This document shows, in pieces, positions 18,063 through 28,311 of a DNA stretch of 64,000 nt. The translations under genes and the position numbers were made by a program. Location of the stretch: the IMG/VR virus record IMGVR_UViG_3300042542_006078. The stretch is one strand, 5' to 3'. Each line of letters opens with the position of its first letter. The first letter of the stretch is position 1. Below the pieces are notes generated by a model. That model was not told the DNA's origin. It was given only the letters and a program-made list of their open reading frames with translations, and searched no databases. This stretch comes from a virus. Taxonomy: Duplodnaviria; Caudoviricetes.

Positions 18063-21000
18063 TTAGCTGGATGCGCTTTCTTTCCACTTCTCCCAGAACC
18101 TTGTGTTACTAATCATTTCTTGATAAGTGTGCTTGGCAAATCGCCTGTTCAAACGACCTTTTCTAATTCCTGATATTCTTACCACTATTTCAACTTGCTT
18201 GTTCTTCAGGTCTTCTCCAATAGCCTCAACAACCAAAGAATTCTTGGAAATGTAAGCCCCAACCAAAACTGGTGATGAACCAACTGCGCTTGTCACCTTG
18301 ATAGTGTCTTTTTCACAAACCTGTATGAATCTGTCATCAAGGAATGTCAAAATTGTATCACGATCAAGGCCACTTCCTCCAACCTTTACTACCATAATGT
18401 CTTCAAACCTTACCTCTGGCATCTCAACGCAAATTAGTTCGACATATTCCTCATAACCTTGTGATGTTACAACTGGAAGAATCGCATACTTGTCTCCCTG
18501 TGATCCTTGTGATCCCTGTGATCCCTGTGATCCCTGTGCGCCCGCAGAGCCTTGAAGACCACCAGAAGAACCTTGGTAGCCAGATTGTCCCTGTGCGCCC
18601 GCAGAGCCTTGAGACCCACTAAACCCATTTTGACCTTGATAACCAATATTCCCCGGATTTCCCTGATATCCAACAGCGGGAGGCATAACAAGAATATTCA
18701 AATTTTGATTATTTGAAGGAAGAGCTAAAGAACCAGAAACCAAACCAACAGGAACTACCCAATAACCACCAGCAGAAGATGGAAAATTGGTAACTTGATA
18801 AACATAAATTATACTTCCGCTACCATTTTCTTGAATATAAATGTAAGAGCCATAAGTTCCTCCTACAACAGGATAAATGAAAAGATTACCAATAATACTG
18901 TTTAAGTTATTACCAAAAACATCTAAGTTATCAATGTAAATTTGAGAGACTGCGGATGGATCAGAAGGATGGTTAAATCTCAAATATCCTTGACCGGGAT
19001 CAGAGTTTGTAGTCGATGTGCTAAACTGATACTTGATTCCACCCTTGTCTCCAAGACTACCCTGATTGCCCTGATTTCCCTGATTGCCTTGCGATCCTTG
19101 AAATCCTTGTAAACCAATTGAACCTTTAGGAGCAAACATGATGCTCAATGACTGACCATTTGTGGGAACTGTACCAGATAATCCAGAAACAGGGATCTTG
19201 TAATATCCAGCAGCAACTATAATTGTTCCAACTACAGTAAATGTGACTATAGTATTGCCAGCATCATTTCCAGCAACATAAATGTATCCAGCATATCCAT
19301 CTAAAATACTATAATTCAGATCAAATGTTGTAATCCATCCAGCTTGATTAATGCTATTTGCATCTGTATTGCTAATGTATATGAATAAAATACTTGGAAT
19401 GGAAGCATTGCTAAATCTAACATATCCACTACCGGGATTTGTATCGCTTACTAAATTGCTAAATGTATACTTTACGCCGCCTTTATCACCAATTCCTTGA
19501 TTGCCCTGATTTCCTTGAGCGCCCTGAAATCCTTGAAATCCAATATTACCTTGATATCCTTGAAGTCCTTGAAGACCTTGATGGCCTTGGAATCCATCAG
19601 CAGGGCCTTGGAATCCTTGATTTCCTTGGTTGCCTTGAGCGCCTTGGAATCCATCAGGAGTTCCTTGATAACCTTGCTGACCTTGGTTTCCTTGATTACC
19701 TTGTTCTCCCTGATGACCTTGCTGACCTTGATTGCCCTGATTTCCCTGATGTCCTTGATATCCGTCAGCAGGGCCTTGGAATCCTTGATTGCCTTGGTTT
19801 CCTTGGTGACCCTGATTTCCTTGATTGCCTTGGTTTCCTTGGTGACCCTGATTTCCTTGATTGCCTTGGAATCCTTGATCGCCTTGGTTTCCTTGGCGAC
19901 CTTGATTGCCTTGGTTTCCCTGATTGCCTTGGTTTCCTTGACGACCTTGGTTTCCTTGGTTTCCCTGATTGCCTTGGTTTCCTTGACGACCTTGGTTTCC
20001 TTGACGACCTTGGTTTCCTTGATACCCTTGATAGCCACCACCTTGATATCCTTGTGATCCTTGATATCCTTGTTGTCCTTGATAACCCTGATATCCTTGT
20101 TGTCCTTGATATCCTTGTTGTCCTTGATATCCTTGTTGTCCTTGATAACCCTGATATCCTTGTGATCCTTGGTATCCTTGTGATCCTTGGTTTCCTTGGT
20201 TTCCTTGGTTGCCTTGGTTTCCTTGACTTCCCTGATTTCCCTGTTGTCCTTGAAGTCCTTGATAACCTTGATATCCTTGTTGTCCTTGGTATCCTTGGTA
20301 TGCTTGATAGCCTTGATATCCTTGAAAACCCGATGATCCCGATGATCCTGCTAGACCTTGGTATCCAAGATCTCCTTGATAACCAATGTTTCCTTGATTT
20401 CCCTGATTTCCTTGTTGCCCTTGATATCCAATTAGTCCTTGAAGACCAATAAAACCTTGGTTTCCTTGGTTTCCTTGGTTTCCTTGGTTTCCTTGATTTC
20501 CTTGATTTCCTTGGATGCCTTGTGGTCCTGCATTTCCTTGATATCCTTGTTCTCCAAGAATGCCTTGTGGTCCTAAAGGACCAGCAATTCCTTGGGGTCC
20601 AGTTATACCTGTCTGACCTATAAGACCCTGTTCTCCCTGTTCGCCTTGCTCTCCCTGAGGGCCTTGACTTCCTGTTGAGCCTTGTCTTCCTTGATTTCCT
20701 TGCGATCCTTGGTTTCCTTGTGTTCCTTGATATCCAATATTTCCTTGATAACCAATTAGCCCTTGATTTCCTTGTTGTCCTTGGTTTCCTTGGTTTCCTT
20801 GTGATCCTTGATATCCAATATCTCCTTGATATCCTTGATCTCCCTGATTTCCTTGTCTGCCCTGATTTCCTTGGTTACCTTGATTGCCTTGGCGACCTTG
20901 ATTTCCTTGCGATCCTTGCAGGCCAATATCTCCTTGATATCCTTGTTCGCCTTGATTTCCTTGTTCGCCCTGATATCCTTGATCTCCTTGTCTTCCTTGC

Positions 21001-21938
21001 CTTCCCTGTCTTCCTTGGTTGCCTTGCGATCCCTGCGATCCTGTATCGCCTTGTGATCCAGTTAATCCCTGAATGCCTTGATATCCTTGTAAACCAAAAT
21101 CACCTTGATTTCCTTGTAAACCAATTTGGCCTTGATAGCCAATTTGGCCTTGATGGCCTTGGCGACCTTGATTTCCCTGTCGTCCTTGGTTTCCTTGAAC
21201 TCCCTGTAGACCTAAAATTCCTTGGTATCCTTGTCTTCCTTGGAATCCCTGAAGTCCTGTTGTTCCTTGATTGCCTTGTAATCCTGTTCCAATAGAGCCC
21301 TGTAGGCCTTGAACTCCTGTTATTCCTTGGTTTCCTTGACTGCCAGATGTTCCTTGGAATCCTTGATTGCCTCTTCCTCCTTGCAATCCTTGAAGTCCAG
21401 TCGCTCCTTGAACACCTTGTGCGCCATCTCCTCCTTGGTTGCCCTGACTACCTTGAAATCCTGCTCCAATTACACCTTGGAAACCTTGATTGCCTTGCTC
21501 GCCCTGATATCCAGCACCTTGAGTTCCTTGATTGCCTTGATTTCCTTGAATGCCTTGTAGACCTTGATTTCCTTGTTCTCCTTGCTCTCCTTGGTATCCT
21601 GCTGGTGTTCCTTGATAACCAACAATTCCTTGCAATCCTTGAAGACCAACTACACCTTGGCGACCTTGATTTCCTTGGTTTCCTTGTGATCCTTGTACTG
21701 TGCTTGGCGAACCTTGGGCTCCTTGTGATCCTGCTCTTCCCTGTTGGCCTTGTAGACCTTGTGATCCGGGTGTGCCTTGCGAACCTTGAGGGCCTGTTAT
21801 ATCTTGTCCAATATTTGCAGAAACAACAAAATCACGCAAATCTTGTGCTGAAATGCCACCTTGATTGTTATCGGCAAATATGCACAATAACTCCTCTTCG
21901 GTCCTGAAAGTTCCAGATTGGTTGCATTGATTTGCCAT
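18063..21938 (-). CDS. Collagen-like protein A (Gly-X-Gln repeats, two inserted globular domains)
   Basis: Long G-X-Q runs ([15 protein letters not shown]). N-terminal and C-terminal non-collagen domains are shared with 21953..24289. Confidence 0.9.
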   Translation of the reverse strand: MANQCNQSGTFRTEEELLCIFADNNQGGISAQDLRDFVVSANIGQDITGPQGSQGTPGSQGLQGQQGRAGSQGAQGSPSTVQGSQGNQGNQGRQGVVGLQGLQGIVGYQGTPAGYQGEQGEQGNQGLQGIQGNQGNQGTQGAGYQGEQGNQGFQGVIGAGFQGSQGNQGGDGAQGVQGATGLQGLQGGRGNQGFQGTSGSQGNQGITGVQGLQGSIGTGLQGNQGTTGLQGFQGRQGYQGILGLQGVQGNQGRQGNQGRQGHQGQIGYQGQIGLQGNQGDFGLQGYQGIQGLTGSQGDTGSQGSQGNQGRQGRQGRQGDQGYQGEQGNQGEQGYQGDIGLQGSQGNQGRQGNQGNQGNQGRQGNQGDQGYQGDIGYQGSQGNQGNQGQQGNQGLIGYQGNIGYQGTQGNQGSQGNQGRQGSTGSQGPQGEQGEQGEQGLIGQTGITGPQGIAGPLGPQGILGEQGYQGNAGPQGIQGNQGNQGNQGNQGNQGNQGFIGLQGLIGYQGQQGNQGNQGNIGYQGDLGYQGLAGSSGSSGFQGYQGYQAYQGYQGQQGYQGYQGLQGQQGNQGSQGNQGNQGNQGNQGSQGYQGSQGYQGYQGQQGYQGQQGYQGQQGYQGYQGQQGYQGSQGYQGGGYQGYQGNQGRQGNQGRQGNQGNQGNQGNQGRQGNQGNQGNQGNQGRQGNQGDQGFQGNQGNQGHQGNQGNQGNQGHQGNQGNQGFQGPADGYQGHQGNQGNQGQQGHQGEQGNQGNQGQQGYQGTPDGFQGAQGNQGNQGFQGPADGFQGHQGLQGLQGYQGNIGFQGFQGAQGNQGNQGIGDKGGVKYTFSNLVSDTNPGSGYVRFSNASIPSILFIYISNTDANSINQAGWITTFDLNYSILDGYAGYIYVAGNDAGNTIVTFTVVGTIIVAAGYYKIPVSGLSGTVPTNGQSLSIMFAPKGSIGLQGFQGSQGNQGNQGNQGSLGDKGGIKYQFSTSTTNSDPGQGYLRFNHPSDPSAVSQIYIDNLDVFGNNLNSIIGNLFIYPVVGGTYGSYIYIQENGSGSIIYVYQVTNFPSSAGGYWVVPVGLVSGSLALPSNNQNLNILVMPPAVGYQGNPGNIGYQGQNGFSGSQGSAGAQGQSGYQGSSGGLQGSAGAQGSQGSQGSQGSQGDKYAILPVVTSQGYEEYVELICVEMPEVRFEDIMVVKVGGSGLDRDTILTFLDDRFIQVCEKDTIKVTSAVGSSPVLVGAYISKNSLVVEAIGEDLKNKQVEIVVRISGIRKGRLNRRFAKHTYQEMISNTRFWEKWKESASS

Positions 21939-21952
21939 CTTAGATTCCCTGT

Positions 21953-24289
21953 TTATTTCCAGCTATTCCAGAAATTGTTGTTCTTAATCATTTCTTCGTA
22001 AGTGTGAGTAAAGAATCGTCCTTTGACACCAATTCTTATTCCAGATAATCTCAATATTACTTTTACTTTTTCATTTTCAAGAAAATCACCATGAGCCTCG
22101 ATTAATACTTTGTCGCCATTAACATCTACTCCTGCCGATATAGGTTTTGATGTTACTATTCCAGTAACAATAATTGAGTCTTGTTCACAAACCTTGATAA
22201 ACTTTTCTTCAATTTGATGACTTTCCTTGATTACATTAGTTCCATTTCCACCTATATGAATAATCATGATGTCTTCAAATCTTACTTCTGGCATCTCGAC
22301 ACATGACAAAGCAACATACTCTTCATTGTCTTCGTAGCGAAGAGTAATAATTGCATTTTTCACACCAGCCGGACCTTGCGATCCTGTTGGCCCCTGATAT
22401 CCTGCTCGTCCTTGGCGACCTTGTACTCCCGCAATTCCTTGTCTTCCTTGAATTCCTTGTCTTCCTTGGTGTCCCTGATTTCCTTGTAATCCTTGTAATC
22501 CTTGACGGCCTTGAAATCCTTGACGGCCCTGATTGCCTTGATAGCCTTGGTTGCCTTGGTTGCCTTGATTTCCTTGATTTCCTTGATTTCCTTGATTTCC
22601 TTGACGACCCTGATTTCCTTGACGACCCTGATTTCCTTGATTTCCTTGACGGCCTTGATTTCCTTGATTGCCTTGATTTCCTTGATTTCCTTGACGACCT
22701 TGGTTTCCCTGATTTCCCTGATTTCCTTGATTTCCTTGGAATCCTTGATTTCCTTGATTTCCCTGATTTCCCTGATTTCCTTGGTTGCCTTGGTTGCCTT
22801 GGTTACCTTGGTTACCTTGGTTGCCTTGGTGGCCTTGATTTCCCTGCTCTCCTTGACGACCTTGGTTTCCTTGATTGCCTTGGTTACCTTGATTGCCTTG
22901 GCGACCTTGATTGCCTTGATGGCCTTGGTTGCCTTGGTTCCCCTGATTTCCTTGGTTGCCTTGACGACCTTGATTACCTTGACGACCTTGATGGCCTTGG
23001 TTGCCTTGGTTTCCTTGGTTTCCTTGATATCCTTGTGGACCTTGATTTCCTTGACGGCCTTGATTTCCTTGATTTCCTTGACGGCCTTGGTTGCCTTGGT
23101 TTCCTTGGTATCCTTGTGGACCTTGATTACCTTGATTTCCTTGGCGACCTTGATTACCTTGATTTCCTTGGCGACCTTGATTGCCTTGGCTACCTTGGTT
23201 TCCAATAAATCCTTGAAGACCAATAAGACCTTGGTTGCCTTGATTTCCTTGATTGCCTTGTATTCCTTGTCTTCCTTGATATCCTTGTCTTCCTTGATGC
23301 CCTTGTCTTCCTTGATATCCTTGATCTCCCTGACTTCCTTGTGGTCCAGCCGATCCAACAACTCCTTGTCTTCCTTGAGATCCTTGTTGTCCCAAAACGC
23401 CTTGACGGCCTTGGCTACCTTGTATTCCTTGTCTACCTTGAAAACCCTGACTACCTTGTCTTCCTTGGTGTCCTTGATATCCCTGTTCGCCTTGATTTCC
23501 TTGGTTTCCTTGTGAGCCTTGATTTCCTTGGTTTCCTTGTGAGCCTTGAAATCCTGCGCCCTGAAAACCTTGATATCCTCCAACTGTCCCTTGAAATCCA
23601 ATTGATCCTTGTCTTCCTTGTGATCCTTGATTGCCCTGAGATCCAGTTCCTTGATAACCTTGAAAACCTCTGAATCCGGCAGAACCTTGTCTTCCTTGAT
23701 TGCCTTGTACTCCTTGCGCTCCTTTTCCTCCTAATGAACCTTGAAGTCCTTGAAGACCTTGTAGTCCCTGAGCGCCATCATATCCCTGATATCCTTGATT
23801 TCCTTGGAATCCAGCACCTTGGACACCTTGATTTCCTTGTTGTCCTTGTACTCCAATATTTCCTTGAAGACCTTGAAGACCTTGAAGACCAAATCCTTGA
23901 AGACCTTGATTTCCTTGCTCTCCCTGTTCGCCCTGATATCCAGCAGGAGTGCCTTGAAAACCAAGAATTCCTTGAAGGCCTTGAAGGCCAACTATTCCTT
24001 GGTTTCCTTGTATACCTTGGTTTCCTTGATTTCCTTGTGGACCCGGCACAATACTTGGATCACCTTGGGCTCCTTGTGATCCTGCTCTTCCCTGTTGGCC
24101 TTGCAGGCCTTGCGATCCGTGGGCACCTTGTGATCCTTGTGGACCTGTTATATCTTGTCCGACATTCGCAGAAACAACAAAATCACGCAAATCTTGCGCT
24201 GAAATACCGCCTTGGTTGTTATCAGCAAATATGCACAATAACTCCTCTTCGGTTCTTAAAGTTCCAGATTGATTACATTGATTTGCCAT
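21953..24289 (-). CDS. Collagen-like protein B (Gly-X-Gln repeats), paralog of A
   Basis: Near-identical N-terminus [41 protein letters not shown] and shared C-terminal [18 protein letters not shown] domain. Confidence 0.9.
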   Translation of the reverse strand: MANQCNQSGTLRTEEELLCIFADNNQGGISAQDLRDFVVSANVGQDITGPQGSQGAHGSQGLQGQQGRAGSQGAQGDPSIVPGPQGNQGNQGIQGNQGIVGLQGLQGILGFQGTPAGYQGEQGEQGNQGLQGFGLQGLQGLQGNIGVQGQQGNQGVQGAGFQGNQGYQGYDGAQGLQGLQGLQGSLGGKGAQGVQGNQGRQGSAGFRGFQGYQGTGSQGNQGSQGRQGSIGFQGTVGGYQGFQGAGFQGSQGNQGNQGSQGNQGNQGEQGYQGHQGRQGSQGFQGRQGIQGSQGRQGVLGQQGSQGRQGVVGSAGPQGSQGDQGYQGRQGHQGRQGYQGRQGIQGNQGNQGNQGLIGLQGFIGNQGSQGNQGRQGNQGNQGRQGNQGNQGPQGYQGNQGNQGRQGNQGNQGRQGNQGPQGYQGNQGNQGNQGHQGRQGNQGRQGNQGNQGNQGNQGHQGNQGRQGNQGNQGNQGNQGRQGEQGNQGHQGNQGNQGNQGNQGNQGNQGNQGNQGNQGFQGNQGNQGNQGNQGRQGNQGNQGNQGNQGRQGNQGNQGRQGNQGRQGNQGNQGNQGNQGNQGNQGYQGNQGRQGFQGRQGLQGLQGNQGHQGRQGIQGRQGIAGVQGRQGRAGYQGPTGSQGPAGVKNAIITLRYEDNEEYVALSCVEMPEVRFEDIMIIHIGGNGTNVIKESHQIEEKFIKVCEQDSIIVTGIVTSKPISAGVDVNGDKVLIEAHGDFLENEKVKVILRLSGIRIGVKGRFFTHTYEEMIKNNNFWNSWK

Positions 24290-24301
24290 TTTTGGGGCCT
24301 A

Positions 24302-24550
24302 TTATTTGAATCCAGTTGAAAATGAAACACTAAATACCTTATTAGTACCGCCAGCAGCACTTTGTTTTATAAACTGACAATCTTCGTATGCTGTTTGATA
24401 GATTGCAGGATATGGCAAATAAGCTCCATCGCTTCTGTCTGGAACACATACCTCGATCTTTTTATATGGCGGACACAAGAAAAGAGACTGCGGTTTAATA
24501 CAGCAATCCCTTAACTCTGGAGGAATGTCACAAGCATTTGTAATATCCAT
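24302..24550 (-). CDS. Small Cys-containing hypothetical protein upstream of the collagen genes
   Basis: 82 aa with 6 Cys; AAGGAAGG RBS-like sequence; co-directional with the collagen genes. Confidence 0.6.
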   Translation of the reverse strand: MDITNACDIPPELRDCCIKPQSLFLCPPYKKIEVCVPDRSDGAYLPYPAIYQTAYEDCQFIKQSAAGGTNKVFSVSFSTGFK

Positions 24551-24657
24551 AAAACCTTCCTTAACCGTTTCAAAAACGGATCTTTTTGAAATAGCAATAA
24601 TTGCATAAGCATCCTTGCCAGCACTTCCTTATCTATTTATTTATCAATGTAATATAT

Positions 24658-24951
24658 CTATTTTTTGGCTTCTTTTGATATTAATCTTATAATATCTTCC
24701 AGCGTACCATCTCTACTCATGATTTTGCCCTTAACAGAACTCTGGACATCATCACTTAAATTCTTGAATTCTCCCAAGGAATTCAAAGCATCAACTAAAT
24801 TGTCTGGTGGTTTCCACATTTTCAAAGAACTTGAAATGTTATAATCTTCCTTTTTTTTACCAGAATTTAATTTTCCAAGAATCAAGTCCTTGTAAAACTC
24901 GTAATCCTTCTGCTCGTCTTCAAACCAATTTTTGAAAAATAAATATTTCAT
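24658..24951 (-). CDS. Small hypothetical protein with capsid-targeting-like N-terminus
   Basis: Starts MKYLFFKNWFEDE. Confidence 0.6.
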   Translation of the reverse strand: MKYLFFKNWFEDEQKDYEFYKDLILGKLNSGKKKEDYNISSSLKMWKPPDNLVDALNSLGEFKNLSDDVQSSVKGKIMSRDGTLEDIIRLISKEAKK

Positions 24952-25000
24952 GATAAATCTTTTCTGCAATACAATTTACTGTTGCTGATATATAGATTAC

Positions 25001-25813
25001 ATGAACAGATTGTCTTTCAAAAAATGGCTTTTGAATGAAATGGCCAATTATGGCTTTGGTGATGCCAATAATCAAATTCTTGGTGGTACTGATGTCATGA
25101 AAGGAGATGGACTGTTCCAACACATAAAGCCAAACATCATAGTTAGTGAATTAATGCAAATGCCTCCTCTTGGACCTTTAGAAGCAACTAACCCAATAGA
25201 TGATGAAGTTCAATGGGGCAATGAAGTCGGCGCAATAAAGGTGATAATCACACCTCTTGGCTCAATGAGAGCATGTACAAAAAGAATGACAAAAGATCTT
25301 CAGGGAAACAAAACTTGGATTCTTGAGTCTGTTTATCCAATTAGCGACTACAAAGATGAAAATAAAGAAGTAGAAATTGCAAACAAAGTATTCGATGAAA
25401 TTGCCCGTATAACCAAAAGCCCCACAAATGGTCCTGATGGTGATTACGAAGACATTGAAAGATTGGCTCAAAAACTTTGGCACACAACTAAAAAGCAGCA
25501 TCCATCCTACATCATGTTTCCAACTCAACTGAGGAAACAAAAAGATAACTACTACAAACTTGTTTACGAGTTTCGTGGACAAGGAGTAGGATCGCCTTAT
25601 GGAGGCAAAACTGGAAGGGCAGAACAATTCGACATTGACTTGGTTTATTACCCGGAAAAAGGAATGATCAGGTGTTTTGGATATGACATTGAAAGCAGTT
25701 CAAGAGAGCGCAATTTTTATGTTCAGCCTTCTGAATGGGACGAATATTTCTCGCCAAAACAAGATGACAAATTAATTGTTGAAAATATTGTGAAACTCTT
25801 CTTGCAATACTGA
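25001..25813 (+). CDS. Hypothetical protein with capsid-targeting-like N-terminus
   Basis: 270 aa; starts MNRLSFKKWLLNE. Confidence 0.7.
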   Translation: MNRLSFKKWLLNEMANYGFGDANNQILGGTDVMKGDGLFQHIKPNIIVSELMQMPPLGPLEATNPIDDEVQWGNEVGAIKVIITPLGSMRACTKRMTKDLQGNKTWILESVYPISDYKDENKEVEIANKVFDEIARITKSPTNGPDGDYEDIERLAQKLWHTTKKQHPSYIMFPTQLRKQKDNYYKLVYEFRGQGVGSPYGGKTGRAEQFDIDLVYYPEKGMIRCFGYDIESSSRERNFYVQPSEWDEYFSPKQDDKLIVENIVKLFLQY

Positions 25814-25884
25814 AAATAAAAAACATATAATTTAATTGAACTTTTTTATAAGTCCTTCTCCCGATTACACAAGAGGGATTTTTT

Positions 25885-26826
25885 GTGCGTCATTTCCTCT
25901 CCATATCCGACTTGTCAAAAGATGAAATTGAATTAATTTTAGACATTGCAAACGAAATCGAAAGAAATTGGTCTTTTTGTCGCAACATGAACAACAAGTG
26001 CATAAGTAGTTTTTTTGCCGAGCCGTCAACAAGAACAAGATTTAGTTTTGAAAGAGCTATGCATTGGTTGGGTGGTCGTGTTATCACGGCTGCTGACGCT
26101 TCATCAAGCAGTAGCTTGACAAAAGGCGAAAGCTTGAAAGACACTTTCAGAACTCTTGGCCAATATTCCGATGCTATTGTAATGCGACACCCAGATCAAA
26201 AATGGCCTGAAATAGCAAGAAGTTATTCAAGAGTTCCTGTTATAAACGCTGGTAGTGGTTCTGGAGAACATCCAACACAAGCTCTTCTTGACCTTCACAC
26301 TATTAAACAAAAGTGGAATGACATTTCTGGACTCAAGGTTCTTCTCTGCGGCGATCTTAGAAATGGAAGGACAATTCACAGCCTTATTGAAATACTTCAT
26401 CTTTATAAATGTAACATTTTTTATTGTGCTGCGACCGATTATAAAAATTGTGACTTGTCTATACCAGAAAAATATTTAGAAAAAATTCCTTGCCGTAATG
26501 TTGAAATATCAGATGCCAATGATATTCTTCCTGAAATTGATGTCATTTATATGACAAGAATACAGAAAGAAAGGTTTAAGGGAGTTTGCGATAATCTTGA
26601 TTTTTTCAAAATAACCAAAGAAAATATTGGAAGAGTAAAGAAAAATGCGGCTATTCTTCATCCATTGCCTAGAAATGAGGAAATTAGTGAAGACATAGAT
26701 GATGATCCTCGTGCTGATTATCATGAAAGACAAGTAAGAAATGGTCTTTATATTCGCACGGCTTTGCTTAATTATCTTCTTTATCCAACTCCTATGCATA
26801 GGCCATCTTGTGATGGAATTAATTAA
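25885..26826 (+). CDS. pyrB: Aspartate carbamoyltransferase, catalytic chain
   Basis: FFAEPSTRTRFSFE, SL.KGESL.DT, INAGSG..EHPTQALLD, GDL..GRT.HS, YMTRIQKER, LHPLPR, Q..NG...R.ALL. Confidence 0.95.
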   Translation: MRHFLSISDLSKDEIELILDIANEIERNWSFCRNMNNKCISSFFAEPSTRTRFSFERAMHWLGGRVITAADASSSSSLTKGESLKDTFRTLGQYSDAIVMRHPDQKWPEIARSYSRVPVINAGSGSGEHPTQALLDLHTIKQKWNDISGLKVLLCGDLRNGRTIHSLIEILHLYKCNIFYCAATDYKNCDLSIPEKYLEKIPCRNVEISDANDILPEIDVIYMTRIQKERFKGVCDNLDFFKITKENIGRVKKNAAILHPLPRNEEISEDIDDDPRADYHERQVRNGLYIRTALLNYLLYPTPMHRPSCDGIN

Positions 26827-26843
26827 AATAAGAGTAAAAAATT

Positions 26844-27482
26844 ATGTTGCCAGATATGACATGGATTCCTTCCTATCAATCAATTAAAAAAGAAACTGAT
26901 GTTCATCCACATATTCCAGAAGATAAAGCTAGCCTTTATTCTGCTGCTGATGGTGGTTCAACAGAATATGAAATATTAAATTGGCTTCATGCAAATGTTC
27001 GTCTTCTAAAGCCTGAATACATTCTTGAAACTGGTTCTTGGGAAGGACTTGGAACAGTTGCTTTAGCTCATGCTTGTAAAATGAATGGATTTGGCAAAGT
27101 AATTACAATTGAAAATAATCCCAAGCAATGCGTTAAAGTTGAATCAATGATCGAAGAAAATAATTTGAAGGACTATGCTGTTGTCGAGTGCTTTGATAGC
27201 TTGCATTATCTAAGTATTACAAATTATAAATTCGACCTTGGTTTTTTCGATAGTGCTACTGAAATAAGGCCGAAAGAGTGTGAAATTTGTTTCAACAGAA
27301 ATATAATTAAAAATCTTGCTGTTTTTCACGACACATCTCCTTACAGGGTTGCATCTTTCACATTGCCTCATATTCAGCAAAAATATCGAAGTGAAATTTT
27401 TGAATTGGCAAAAAATCCTATCTGCTCTGGATTAACTGATTTTACTTACTCTAGAGGATTTATGGCTTTGTGGTTGAGGTGA
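26844..27482 (+). CDS. SAM-dependent methyltransferase (Methyltransf_24-like)
   Basis: ILETGSWEGLGT, VITIE, FDLGFFDS, AVFHDT. Confidence 0.7.
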   Translation: MLPDMTWIPSYQSIKKETDVHPHIPEDKASLYSAADGGSTEYEILNWLHANVRLLKPEYILETGSWEGLGTVALAHACKMNGFGKVITIENNPKQCVKVESMIEENNLKDYAVVECFDSLHYLSITNYKFDLGFFDSATEIRPKECEICFNRNIIKNLAVFHDTSPYRVASFTLPHIQQKYRSEIFELAKNPICSGLTDFTYSRGFMALWLR

Positions 27483-27486
27483 TGTT

Positions 27487-28311
27487 ATGATTGATATTCA
27501 GATTGACGAAGAAAAATTGAAATTTAATTTCATGTCTCCTTTATATGAATATTTTTTAGTATTTGATAACTATAAATATTATTGTTATAATAGACAAGAA
27601 TTAGATGAAAAATTAAAAAATAAAAATGTTATTACAAGATTGATTATTCACAATTCATATTGTGTGGCTTTATTTACAAATGCAGAACATTTTAATTGTG
27701 CAGAATTCCGTGATTTTTTGCAGGCTATTGTGAACAAAGTGCCTTTTTTCGCCGAATATGAACTTGTTGGTCTTAATCAAAACTTTGGGACAATTGAAGA
27801 ATATCTTCAAAATAAAATAACCAAGTTGGAAGAATTAGAATTTCTATATCATGGAACATCATCTTATTATGCTGATATTATTCTAAAAGAAGGAATTAAA
27901 CCGAGAAAACATACTAATGTTTCGGCTTCTTTCGCAGGAACAAATGAAGAAGGTAGCCCGAATTGCATTTATCTATGCACACATCCAAGATATGGATTGA
28001 AGAGGGCAGGAGCGGCAGCAATGAGAAAATCAAATGGAGAAAACACTCTTCTAAAAATAGACATTGCTGGTATTGATAAATCAAAATTAAAATGTTGCGA
28101 TCAAATAAATAAAAATGATATATCAATTGAAGAAAGTCTTTTGATAAGCAAAAATTTGCGTTATTTTGGAACAATTGAGCCAAATTATATTACAAATGAA
28201 GGCATTATTCCCTATAATCTTCTTAATATTAAGGCCATGCAATACTATGCCTCAAAAGAAAACAATGATCTAAATCGTGCAAGCACAGATTCATCGATGC
28301 AAGGCAAGTAA
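27487..28311 (+). CDS. Hypothetical protein with a C-terminal ART/Tpt1-like NAD-binding fold
   Basis: LYHGTS..Y...I..EGIKP, IYL, LLKID, Y.GTI.P. Confidence 0.5.
   Translation: MIDIQIDEEKLKFNFMSPLYEYFLVFDNYKYYCYNRQELDEKLKNKNVITRLIIHNSYCVALFTNAEHFNCAEFRDFLQAIVNKVPFFAEYELVGLNQNFGTIEEYLQNKITKLEELEFLYHGTSSYYADIILKEGIKPRKHTNVSASFAGTNEEGSPNCIYLCTHPRYGLKRAGAAAMRKSNGENTLLKIDIAGIDKSKLKCCDQINKNDISIEESLLISKNLRYFGTIEPNYITNEGIIPYNLLNIKAMQYYASKENNDLNRASTDSSMQGK

Noticed and set aside
18467-24309. Many long alternative-frame and antisense ORFs (e.g. 19463..20452, 22351..23208, 22360..23601, 22502..23515)
   Set aside because: These are shadows of the 9-bp Gly-X-Gln codon repeat, which lacks stops in several frames. 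The products are monotonous LDF/KEI/LIS repeats with no RBS.
24564-24590. Overlapping alternative hairpins (CCGTTT/AAACGG versus TTCAAAAA/TTTTTGAA) upstream of the collagen operon
   Set aside because: The stems are short and AT-rich and likely to arise by chance or act as a simple terminator; there is no support for a switch.
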